From Massilicoli timonensis (GTDB taxonomy: Bacteria > Bacillota_I > Bacilli_A > Erysipelotrichales > Erysipelotrichaceae): DNA of 32,000 nucleotides. Both the position numbers and the translations under genes were made by a program. The DNA is taken from positions 180,001 through 212,000 of the forward strand of contig NZ_LT963433.1 in assembly GCF_900199515.1 (NCBI RefSeq), given 5' to 3'. The notes under the pieces were generated by a model, which did no database searches, was not told the origin of the DNA, and worked only from the letters and a program-made list of their open reading frames with translations. The stretch's first letter is position 1; every line of letters begins with the position of its first letter. Shown in pieces: positions 1 to 8,174 of the stretch.

Positions 1-117
1 TGTATCAAGTATGCCGTTTTCAAAAAGCGCGAGCGCTTTCCTCTTGCTGATGCGTTCCTCTGCTTCGGCAAGTTCAGGGGAAGATGTAATACCTAATTTA
101 TTTTCAAGTGGCATCAT
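1..117 (-). CDS. Fic/DOC (Fido) family protein, N-terminal fragment; gene continues beyond window start
   Basis: Minus-strand ATGATG at 112-117 lies just downstream of GGAGG (121-125). Hand translation MMPLENKLGITSSPELAEAEERISKRKALALFENGILDT resembles the conserved N-terminus of Fic-family proteins. The ORF is open to position 1. Confidence 0.5.
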   Translation of the reverse strand, partial: MMPLENKLGITSSPELAEAEERISKRKALALFENGILDT

Positions 118-133
118 GCACCTCCAAAATCAA

Positions 134-377
134 TCACTGATCAGCGGCAACACCGGATTTCATCCAAGCATCAACTTCGCTGATTTTGAATTTCCATAAT
201 CAGATGATTTTTGCGGCAGGCATATATTACACGCTCGAACCAGTGAAAGCTCGTATCATGCCTAACACCCAAATATTCCATTATTTCTTTCATTGCATAC
301 CAGTTCAAAGTTGTGATCCATAGTGAAATCCTTCGTTTTCGCGAAAATACAATTTTACAAGACATACTATACTGCAA
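134..377 (-). pseudogene. Excisionase/HTH_17-type helix-turn-helix gene, apparently disrupted by a frameshift plus an in-frame stop
   Basis: ORF 171-377 encodes ...WYAMKEIMEYLGVRHDTSFHWFER (HTH) but then diverges. The family-typical C-terminus MPAAKII*LWKFKISEVDAWMKSGVAADQ* is readable in another frame, starting at the ATATAT run (222-227). It contains an in-frame TGA at 200-202 and ends at TGA 134-136, just upstream of the Fic RBS. Confidence 0.5.
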
Positions 378-512
378 TCTTTATTTAGATGCAAGGTTTC
401 ATAGGTGGTTATTCGAGATTATCAAGAAAAAATCATAAATTCAATAACAAAACACAAAGCCTTCTTTCGAGGAAAATATGCGGACAAAGTGTATCTTTAT
501 GTTTGTTTTATG

Positions 513-540
513 AAAAAGCGAAGTCTTTTACGCTCCGCTT
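513..540 (-). terminator. Rho-independent terminator downstream of the LRR surface protein gene
   Basis: On the minus strand AAGCGGAG-loop-CTTCGCTT forms an 8-bp stem with one G-U pair, followed by a U run. Confidence 0.5.
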
Positions 541-572
541 TCTCATCTCAATCTTATTTTAGCATCTAAATG

Positions 573-3168
573 CTACTGCTCGCTTCTTCTGTTCTTGCGT
601 AACATTGCAGCGAATACGATCATACTTCCCCCTAGCAGTACATAATACATTCCCTTGCTTACTTCATCCCCTGTATGTACTGCTTCGCTCTCCTCTTTCT
701 TGATCTCCTCGATATTGCTTTCTCCCTTTTCCTCTTCATTTGGTGTATTCGGCTTTTCTTCCGGCTCTGTCGGCTTCTCCTCCGGTTCACTTGGTTTCTC
801 TTCCGGCTCTGTCGGCTTCTCTTCCTTCTGCCACATCACCTCAAATGTCCCAAACTCCTTGCTTCCTACCTCAAACTCCAATCCACCCTCTGTCTTTCTT
901 ACTTCTATCTCTCTCGCTTTGCTCTTTGCGATCTCTTCATCCAAAGCCTCTTCGCTCATCTGCATCGTGTAATCTCTTGTCAATCCCTCATAATACACGA
1001 CCGCAAACCGATCCCCTTCTTCGCTTCCTTCCGGATATGGATAATATACGCTTACCGTTTCCTTTTCTGTTCCTACCCATAAGTTCCCGTCATTTTGATC
1101 GACCAGATCCAAATACCGAAACTCTCTTTTTACTTCCTTCGTTTCATCTATCCCTTTCACTGCTTCCATTCCCTTTGCATGCAGCGCTTCCATCCGTTCT
1201 GCTGATCCCAATACCTCTTCGATCAATTCATCCCATAACAGCACGATCTTCGCATCTTCATTTACCGGATACATCGTATTCCCGTTCTTATAAAACTGCG
1301 TCCCTGCTTTTACATGTGCATGCGCTTCCTTGATCTGGCATGCTCCTTCTTCTTCATATACTCCCTTATAGATCTCACTGCTCAGTGTCTCCGCACTTTC
1401 ATCGCTTACTTCTCTTACCTTTACTTCCCCTACTGCCATCCCTTCTTCCGGTATACTCAATAAGTGTTCATCTAATCGGATCTCTTTATCATCTACTCTT
1501 GGTAATGCATACAGTGCATAGCTTCCCGCTTTCGCTGCGCTCTCTACCTTCTCTCCCTCGCTGTTTCGATATTCCCATGCAAATGGCACTCCCTCTTCTT
1601 CCAGATCCCATGCTTCCCCATCTACGCTGATCGCATAGCTTTCCAAGCCTTCTTCCCATTGCGGTTCCGGCAAGGCATCGCCATGATTGCTGGCGTCGGT
1701 TCCCGATCCTCCTTCATATGCGATCAGTTCGACTGCTTGAAGCGGTTCACTATATCCTGCATATAAGTGCAGCGTACCGTTCTCTAATGTCGTAAAGTCG
1801 ATCGTTGCTGCTTCATCAAATGGCTTCGTACATGCTTCATCTAAATACCAGCCATTGAATACGCTTCCCTCTTTGCTTAGGCTAGTAGATGGGTTATTCA
1901 TCAGAATGTCAGTTCCCGGCACTGCGGATACAGAAGCTTTTGCTTGATCGATCTCTGCTTCATTTGCATAGATAAAGTGATTGGTTTCATCATTTACAAC
2001 CGCAAATTGCTTTGTGCTTCCATCTGCAAATACACCGCCATTGGCATCAAAAGACACATTGCCAAAATAAGGGATTCTCCCTTTTATACTGTCAGGATCA
2101 TTATATCGTTCGATCAGTTTTTCATCTTCCGTAATGATAATGGTAGGAATCGGATCATCCACATGTGCATCACTGTCAAATAAATTACCATATGTTTTTA
2201 CTGAATCAAGTTGGAAATTACTTAAATCGAAATAAGTCAGACTATCACAATTCTGAAACATAGCGCTTGTATATATCGCATTTTCCATATGTAATTGATC
2301 TAAACCTTTTATTTCTTTCAGATTTTCGCATCCCTTAAACATACTGGCTGTTTGTCTTAATGATTCTGTATTAAAATAACTGAGATCAACGCTCTCTAGA
2401 CTATAACAACCTAAAAACATACCTTCAAAATCAGTTATTTTCGCTCCATCAAAAATAGCAAAATCAATGTTTTTAAGCGAACGGCAATGTGAAAACATAA
2501 AATTTGTTTCTTCTACATTACTCATATCAAGACTATCCAATCCTTTAATTGTTTTCAAATTATAACAACCATCAAATAATCTTTTCATATAAGATATTCT
2601 GCTTGTATCAAGTCCTGTTAAGTCCACGGTTTCCAAATTATGACATTCAAGAAATAGACCATCCATTGAAATCATATTTTTTGTATCTAACCCACTTAAA
2701 TCAACAGAAAACAGATTTATAAACTCACATTGAATATCATTATCTGCATAATAAAAAGCACTATCGAGACTCTCTGTACCCATTTTTACCTTTTTGTCAG
2801 TTGTTCCGACTTTCAAAGAAGTCAATTTATTAGAAAGAATCCAATCTGAAAACTCCGGAAAATCCGGATGAGGCTGCATCAAATTCTCAAACATTCTATC
2901 AAAGGTTTTAATCTCTACTGTTTTCCCTTCCTGTCCTTCAAATTCAGAAGGAATTACAACATTCACTTGATCCCCTTTGTATTTTGTTAATGTGATCTTA
3001 TCACTTGTTTCTGTATAATCCCAATCACTTAGCGTTAGGCCGCCAACCTCAGTTTCAGAGTACTGATTTACAGTACCCCCCCCCCTGGGCAAAAATCATG
3101 TTCGGTTTTGCTGTCATGCCCAGCATCAGGCATAGACTTGCCAAAAGCAACGATACTTTCTTTTTCAT
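573..3168 (-). CDS. BspA-type leucine-rich-repeat cell-surface protein; signal peptide and mature part are out of frame at a G10 tract (phase-OFF or frameshifted as sequenced)
   Basis: The main ORF 573-3092 (839 aa) has these parts: ~25-residue DUF285/BspA-type LRRs (DLSGLDTKNM..MF..C..L repeated); Listeria-Bacteroides (InlB B-type) repeat motifs (FDANGG..., NGWYLDEACTKPFD); EEKPxEP repeats; and a C-terminal AVHTGD + hydrophobic helix + RKNRRSEQ tail. It has no signal peptide and only a TTG start. A separate short ORF 3055-3168 (strong RBS GGAGGAAAAG-ATG) encodes MKKKVSLLLASLCLMLGMTAKPNMIFAQGGG. This is a classic signal peptide, and it runs into the G10 tract. Confidence 0.85.
742..832. repeat. 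About 4 tandem 21-bp repeats encoding EEKP(T/S/N)(E/T)P
   Basis: The TCCGG motif recurs at 759, 780 and 801 with a 21-nt period. The protein reads EEKPTEPEEKPSEPEEKPTEPEEKPNTP. Confidence 0.8.
3076..3085. repeat. Homopolymeric C10 (G10 on the coding strand) between the signal peptide and the mature LRR protein
   Basis: Counted directly: positions 3076-3085 are all C. With G10 the signal-peptide frame terminates at TGA 3055-3057. With G9 or G12 it would read ...IFAQGGGTVNQYSETE... continuous with the 839-aa ORF. Confidence 0.95.
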
Positions 3169-3222
3169 CTTTTCCTCCTTCTCGTCTGTTTCCTTTTACA
3201 GACGCTATCTTTGCTTGTTTAC

Positions 3223-3251
3223 ACTATACCATATTTTCCCATATTTATCTA
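3223..3251 (-). promoter_or_regulatory. Candidate sigma-A promoter for the LRR surface protein gene (TAGATA-17-TGgTATAGT)
   Basis: On the minus strand, -10 TATAGT (3223-3228) carries an extended TG. -35 TAGATA (3246-3251) follows a 17-nt spacer. The element lies about 55 nt upstream of the ATG at 3168. Confidence 0.4.
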
Positions 3252-3474
3252 CTTTTACTGTAACCGCTAACGATTATCTCAATACATTTGATAACAAATA
3301 CACTTAACATGTGCATTAAACATTCATCAAAGTAATCTTATTTCCTTACAGTGGCAGAAAAGATTTTCGCCGTTTATGAAATCGAAGATGATGAGCGCAA
3401 GCAGAAAAACTATATAATAACTTATATATGATTATAATTGCTAACGAAAAAAATCGCATCCTTTCAGACACGAT

Positions 3475-4311
3475 TTATGCTTGTTTTTGTTCACTCATAC
3501 ATACACGTTCAATGTGTATTGCCAAATAACCTGTTTCCACTTTCGGGATGCTTTGATGCAGCGTTCGCTCAATGCGTGCAATGATATGCTGGGCAACCTG
3601 ATAGGAATATGGAAAACTGTTTTGCGCATACGCCTCTATATCAAGCGTCAATTCTTCTCCTTTGCGTAAACGGGCAAGCAAATACTTCATGTGTGCCAAC
3701 AAACGAGAATAAGAAAGCGAATTGACATCAATAGATAGATTGCATTCCTCCTCCACTTGCCGAATGCTCTCATTGATGATAACTGCCACCATCATGCCTG
3801 CATCTACCTGCTCTCCCATTGCACTATGAATATGCAGCGTGATATAGCCGACCTCATCATCATTGATCTCATAGCCGCAGCGTTCACGGATCATGTTTTT
3901 TCCCTGCATTGCGATCTCATGTTCTTTAGGATACAAAAGACGAATATCGTTGACAAAAGGATTGGCGATATTCAGCCCGTTCTTGATCCGCGTGATCGCA
4001 AAAGCGATATGATCCGCCAAAGGAAGCAGGACATTACGATCAATATCCTGAAACTGCTCTTCAGCCAGCGTCAGTATTTCACTGCTGATTTCCAGATACA
4101 CTGGCTCTAAATGACGAAACACCTCTTTGGTCGAGCCTCTGCTTGTTTCCTTTTGCAGTTCATAAACCTTACCGGAATAGGGAGGATCGATCTGTTCATT
4201 GATCTTACGTCCAAAACCGATTCCTTTATCAAGAAGCAGGAGAACATGATTGTTCACTGCCTCATGCACGATGATCGCATTATGATTCAAAATCCGTATG
4301 ATCTTTGCCAT
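3475..4311 (-). CDS. glcT: PRD-domain transcription antiterminator, BglG/LicT/GlcT family
   Basis: 278 aa. The N-terminal CAT RNA-binding domain (MAKIIRILNHNAIIV...DKGIGFG) is followed by two PRD-like regions with conserved His. RBS is AAGGAGGAG. It sits immediately downstream of a PTS glucose-family permease whose leader carries a RAT element. Confidence 0.85.
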   Translation of the reverse strand: MAKIIRILNHNAIIVHEAVNNHVLLLLDKGIGFGRKINEQIDPPYSGKVYELQKETSRGSTKEVFRHLEPVYLEISSEILTLAEEQFQDIDRNVLLPLADHIAFAITRIKNGLNIANPFVNDIRLLYPKEHEIAMQGKNMIRERCGYEINDDEVGYITLHIHSAMGEQVDAGMMVAVIINESIRQVEEECNLSIDVNSLSYSRLLAHMKYLLARLRKGEELTLDIEAYAQNSFPYSYQVAQHIIARIERTLHQSIPKVETGYLAIHIERVCMSEQKQA

Positions 4312-4330
4312 GTTCTCCTCCTTTCCATCT

Positions 4331-6451
4331 TTATTTTACACGAATCAGCGCATCACCGACACTGACTTCTCCCAATTTCAACAATTCTAAATGATGCGTG
4401 CCTAAATTGGTAAATACCAATGGAATCGCATCTGACGATGCTTGTTCTCTTATATATTGTAAATCAAATTCCATCAGTTTTGTACCCTTTTGCACAGTTT
4501 GACCATTCTCTACCAGTACATGGAAGCCTTGTCCTTTTAAGTCTACCGTATTGATGCCGACATGAATCAGCAGCTCCACGCCCTCTTCAGAGATGAACCC
4601 GATCGCATGCTTGGTATCAAAGACAAATTGAATCTTTCCATCACAAGGCGCATATAAATTTCCATCGTGTGGGAAGATGACGACACCATCTCCCATCATC
4701 TTCTGGGCAAAGGTCGCATCCGGTGTCTCATTGATCAGCTTTGCCTCTCCGTTGATCGGAGATGTAAACACTGCTTGGATCAGTTCATGCTCCTCTTCTT
4801 TTGGTTCCTTTATTTCCACAGAGGCTAGCGGCTGTATCGCACTTGGATGATGCAGATATTCTTCCAGATCGGATTTGATGACAGATACACGCGGTCCGTA
4901 AATCACCTGCACGTTGTTGCCCTTTTTCAAGACGCCGGCTGCACCGGATTGCTTTAAGATACTTTCATCGACCTGATTCCCATCTGCTACTCCGACGCGT
5001 AAACGAGTTGCACAGCAATCGACATTCTTAATGTTTTCTACACCGCCCAGCCCCTGCACGATCAGCGCTGATAAAGCAGTTGTTGCATCTGTCGCATGCT
5101 TCGTGCTGCGGGCATTGACATCGGCTTTTGTATAAAGTTTTGTCTCTTCATCGTCATCTTCACGCCCCGGCGTTTTTAACTGGAAGCGTTTGATGAGGAA
5201 TTGGAAGATAAAATAATACAGGAAGAAATAAACGATACCGACAGGAATGATCAGCATCCAGCTGGTCTTGTCATTGCCCTGTAAAATTCCAAATAGCAGC
5301 AAGTCCAAAAGACCGCCGGAGAATGTTAAGCCTACCGCAATATTCAAAATATGAGCGATCATGTAAGCCGCACCTGCTAATACCACCTGTACGACAAACA
5401 GCATTGGCGCCACAAACAAGAAGGAAAATTCAATCGGTTCTGTTATACCGGTAAACATACTGGTAAGCGCCGCTGACAATAACAACCCGCCAACTACCTT
5501 TTTCTTCTGCGGCTTTGCACAGCGATACATCGCCAGTGCAGCTCCCGGCAGACCGAAAATCATGAAGATAAATTCACCGGAAAAATAGCGGGTCGCATCA
5601 GCGCTGAAGTGTACGACGCTTGGATCGGCAAGCTGGGCAAAGAAGATATTTTGTCCGCCTTGGATCAGCTGGCCGCCTACTTCCATCGTGCCGCCGACTG
5701 CGGTTTGCCAAAATGGCAGATAGAACACATGATGCAGTCCAAAAGGAATCAATGCACGCTTGATGATACCGAAGATCAATGTACCAAGATAACCGGTTCC
5801 GGTTACCAAAGAACCTAATGCATAAATACCGTTTTGTACCAGCGGCCAGACAAAGAACATCAAGATTCCGACTAACACAAAGACCGCAGTAGAGATGATC
5901 GGCACAAAACGCGTACCGCCAAAGAAGGAGAGCGCATTCGGCAGTTCGATCTTATAAAACTTATTATGCAGCGCCGCTACGCCCAAACCGACGATGATAC
6001 CGCCAAACACGCCCATCTGCAGCGTTTGGATGCCACACATGGAAGCGATCGTACCGCTTAAGACATGTGGTGCAATACTGCCATCTGCTAAGATCTGTCC
6101 ATTGATCGTCAATACCGCATTGATCGATACATGCATAACAAAGAAGGCAATGACTGCGGAAAGCGCCGCTACCTCTTTTTCCTTCTTCGCCATACCGATG
6201 GCGACTCCAACGGCGAAAATCAGCGGAAGGTTGTCGAAGATCGCACTACCCGCCTTGCTCATGACCGTTAAAAAACCGTGCAGCAGCGTACCATTTCCTA
6301 AAATAGATTGTAACCCATAGGAGGCGATCATCGTCTCATTGGTAAAGGAGCTTCCGATTCCTAATAATAATCCGGCGATCGGAAGAACCGCGATGGGAAG
6401 CATAAAGCTTCGTCCGATGCGTTGTAAAACGCCAAAAATTTGATCTTTCAT
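4331..6451 (-). CDS. ptsG: PTS glucose-family transporter, fused IICBA
   Basis: 706 aa. A polytopic IIC N-terminus is followed by the IIB motif NVDCCATRLRV and a C-terminal IIA-Glc domain (..LIHVGINTVDLKGQGF..). Confidence 0.85.
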   Translation of the reverse strand: MKDQIFGVLQRIGRSFMLPIAVLPIAGLLLGIGSSFTNETMIASYGLQSILGNGTLLHGFLTVMSKAGSAIFDNLPLIFAVGVAIGMAKKEKEVAALSAVIAFFVMHVSINAVLTINGQILADGSIAPHVLSGTIASMCGIQTLQMGVFGGIIVGLGVAALHNKFYKIELPNALSFFGGTRFVPIISTAVFVLVGILMFFVWPLVQNGIYALGSLVTGTGYLGTLIFGIIKRALIPFGLHHVFYLPFWQTAVGGTMEVGGQLIQGGQNIFFAQLADPSVVHFSADATRYFSGEFIFMIFGLPGAALAMYRCAKPQKKKVVGGLLLSAALTSMFTGITEPIEFSFLFVAPMLFVVQVVLAGAAYMIAHILNIAVGLTFSGGLLDLLLFGILQGNDKTSWMLIIPVGIVYFFLYYFIFQFLIKRFQLKTPGREDDDEETKLYTKADVNARSTKHATDATTALSALIVQGLGGVENIKNVDCCATRLRVGVADGNQVDESILKQSGAAGVLKKGNNVQVIYGPRVSVIKSDLEEYLHHPSAIQPLASVEIKEPKEEEHELIQAVFTSPINGEAKLINETPDATFAQKMMGDGVVIFPHDGNLYAPCDGKIQFVFDTKHAIGFISEEGVELLIHVGINTVDLKGQGFHVLVENGQTVQKGTKLMEFDLQYIREQASSDAIPLVFTNLGTHHLELLKLGEVSVGDALIRVK

Positions 6452-6498
6452 TATTTCTTTCCTTTCTTCTCATGATTCTTTACTGTTTTGCCCGCCAT

Positions 6499-6559
6499 AA
6501 AGAAAAGGCACAAACACTAAAGAATCTCTATCGAGATCAATTCTTTAATAGTTCATGCC
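6499..6559 (-). terminator. Leader terminator of ptsG, overlapping the RAT
   Basis: In the minus-strand RNA, GGCAUGAAC (6551-6559) pairs with GUUUGUGCC (6507-6515). Inner helices are AAAGAAU/AUUCUUU and UCUC/GAGA, followed by UUUUCUUU (6499-6506). Confidence 0.7.
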
Positions 6560-6578
6560 TGCTTTACCAGTAACACTC
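6551..6578 (-). promoter_or_regulatory. RAT (ribonucleic antiterminator) element
   Basis: Minus-strand GAGUGUUACUGGUAAAGCAGGCAUGAAC matches the conserved RAT core GUGUUACUG...CAGGCAUGA of the B. subtilis ptsG/LicT-type RATs. Its 3' half overlaps the 5' arm of the terminator. Confidence 0.75.
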
Positions 6579-6591
6579 TATTTCTGCCCTT

Positions 6592-6620
6592 ATTTTACCA
6601 ATGTAAGCGATTACTGTCAA
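6592..6620 (-). promoter_or_regulatory. sigma-A promoter of ptsG-glcT (TTGACA-17-TGgTAAAAT)
   Basis: On the minus strand, -35 TTGACA (6615-6620), a 17-nt spacer, then an extended -10 TGGTAAAAT (-10 hexamer 6592-6597). Confidence 0.7.
6602..6615. promoter_or_regulatory. Candidate cre (CcpA) site inside the ptsG promoter spacer
   Basis: TGTAAGCGATTACT matches the cre consensus TGWAANCGNTNWCA at 13 of 14 positions, on either strand. Confidence 0.5.
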
Positions 6621-6858
6621 TGCTTTTTATCATCTCTTTGTAAATCTTTCATTCATTCTACTTCCTGACAGCGTGCCGCAAGCTTTGCCTGTAACCCTAA
6701 TATGCCATGCAGACAATACCTAAACTCCATCATTTCCATGATCAGCACATGAAATTTTTGCTGGATCGTGTATACATGAAAATCATCAAGATTGTCTATT
6801 TACTTTTTACTTAACAAACACTACAATGTTATAAGAAACAGAAAGATGAGGGATAAGA

Positions 6859-8091
6859 ATGAAAACGATAGCAGTATTAGGCGCCGGGCAGCGCGGACAG
6901 TATGCTTACAGCGATTATTTGAAAAAGTATGCGGATCAGGTAAAGATCGTCGCAGTCTGTGAAATTGATGATTACCGACGCAGCCGTATGAAAGAAATGC
7001 ACGGCATCAGTGAAGAAAATGTGTTTGCGGATGCAGATGCCTTTTTTGCCAAAGGAAAATTGGCCGACGCACTGATCTTAGCGACAATGGATGAAACGCA
7101 CTACACCTATACGATGAAGGCGTTGGATCTGGGATATGATATTTTATTGGAAAAACCGATCTCACCGAAAAAAGAAGAATGCATTGCGATGGTAGAAAAA
7201 GCGAATGCCTGCGGCAGACTGTTAATGATCTGTCATGTGCTGCGTTATACGACGTTCTTTCGCAAGATCAAAGAAATCATCGACAGTGGAAAAATCGGGG
7301 ACATCGTATCGATCCAGCACAATGAAAATGTCGGCATCTATCACATGGCCCACAGCTTTGTACGCGGCAACTGGCGCAACAGCGATGAAACCAGTTCGAT
7401 CATCTTGCAGAAAAGCTGTCATGATCTGGATATCTTGACTTATTTGGTAGACAGTAAGGTGAAAAGCATTTCCAGCGTCGGCGCATTGGCGTACTTCAAT
7501 GAAGAACATGCGCCAAAGGGAAGCGCAAAGCGTTGCGTAGACTGCAAGGTAGATTGCATCTTCGATGCCAGAAAGGCGTATCTGCCTTGTATCGGCACTT
7601 GGCCGACAACCGTCATCAGCAACGAACAAAGTGAAACAGCAGTCATGGAGGCATTGCGGCAGGGACCATATGGGCGATGTGTGTTCCACTGTGACAACAA
7701 TGTATGCGATCATCAGGCAACCCTGATCGAATTTGAAAACGGGGTCAGTGCAACCTTTAATTTGTCCGCATTCACCAATCAGATCTGCCGCACGATCAAG
7801 ATCATGGGTACCAAAGGAATGGTCAGCGGCAATGACGCAGCCGGTGAAGTCGTTTATCAGTCATTTGTTTCCAACGGCTTTGAAGAAGTGAAAAAAGAAA
7901 CGTACCGCGTAGCCAAGGTTGCAGGCGGCCATAACGGCGGCGACAGCGGGATCATGGAAGAATTTATCAAGGTGCTGCAAGATAAAGACCACGATGTGAT
8001 CTCCAGCGCCAATCGCTCGCTCCAATCGCATCTGATGGCATTTGCGGCAGAAGAATCAAGATTACAGGAAGGCAAGACGATTTATTTTTAA
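6859..8091 (+). CDS. Gfo/Idh/MocA family NAD(P)-dependent oxidoreductase
   Basis: 410 aa with an N-terminal Rossmann motif (IAVLGAGQRG) and the EKP motif (LLEKPIS). The RBS-like sequence GAGGGATAAGA precedes the ATG. Confidence 0.8.
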   Translation: MKTIAVLGAGQRGQYAYSDYLKKYADQVKIVAVCEIDDYRRSRMKEMHGISEENVFADADAFFAKGKLADALILATMDETHYTYTMKALDLGYDILLEKPISPKKEECIAMVEKANACGRLLMICHVLRYTTFFRKIKEIIDSGKIGDIVSIQHNENVGIYHMAHSFVRGNWRNSDETSSIILQKSCHDLDILTYLVDSKVKSISSVGALAYFNEEHAPKGSAKRCVDCKVDCIFDARKAYLPCIGTWPTTVISNEQSETAVMEALRQGPYGRCVFHCDNNVCDHQATLIEFENGVSATFNLSAFTNQICRTIKIMGTKGMVSGNDAAGEVVYQSFVSNGFEEVKKETYRVAKVAGGHNGGDSGIMEEFIKVLQDKDHDVISSANRSLQSHLMAFAAEESRLQEGKTIYF

Positions 8092-8121
8092 GCTTCGTCG
8101 ATCAGCTTTCTTTATAAAAAA

Positions 8122-8166
8122 GCAGAGCGCTTCACTTTTCCTAAGTGATCGTACTCTGCTTTTTTT
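8122..8166. terminator. Bidirectional Rho-independent terminator between convergent genes
   Basis: GCAGAG (8122-8127) pairs with CTCTGC (8154-8159), with an inner TCACTT/AAGTGA helix. It is flanked by an A run upstream and a T run (8160-8166) downstream. Confidence 0.75.
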
Positions 8167-8174
8167 ATCCTGTT

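Noticed and set aside
200-202. Possibility that the in-frame TGA in the HTH gene is read as Trp (genetic code 4, as in Mollicutes relatives)
   Set aside because: Well-supported genes in the window terminate at TGA, for example the rluA-family gene at 19958 and the stop at 31889-31891. Trp is encoded by TGG throughout, and the family consensus at that position is not Trp.
655-1630. Several plus-strand ORFs (655-972, 675-1082, 740-1333, 1340-1630) with Ser/Leu/Pro/Phe-rich low-complexity translations
   Set aside because: They lie antisense to the well-supported 839-aa surface protein ORF. Their composition is the mirror image of its Glu/Lys-rich codons, and they have no RBS or domain signal.
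3223-3236. 14-nt identity (AAATATGGTATAGT) between the LRR-gene promoter and the flavodiiron promoter (11429-11442)
   Set aside because: Both are simply extended -10 elements (TGnTATAGT) with an A/T-rich spacer end. The similarity reflects the promoter consensus rather than a shared regulatory site.
3260-3271. The 12-mer GTTAGCGGTTAC is shared between the LRR-gene promoter region (minus strand, 3260-3271) and the feoAB leader (26972-26983)
   Set aside because: Exact 12-mer matches between two sites are expected by chance several times in 32 kb when both strands are considered. The orientation and position relative to the promoters differ, and the 12-mer has only partial dyad symmetry. It is worth a genome-wide motif count but is not evidence on its own.
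6640-6800. Minus-strand frame IDNLDDFHVYTIQQKFHVLIMEMMEFRYCLHGILGLQAKLAARCQEVE* in the ptsG/oxidoreductase divergent region
   Set aside because: It has no convincing start codon or RBS, is under 50 codons and shows no recognisable motif. It may be a gene remnant, but I cannot support it.
7222-7713. Antisense ORFs within the oxidoreductase gene (7222-7713, 7440-7700), and similar ones inside ptsG, nagA, sufBD, UPF0210, transketolase, helicase, feoB and adhesin genes
   Set aside because: All overlap stronger, family-recognisable ORFs on the opposite strand. They lack RBSs and have atypical composition.
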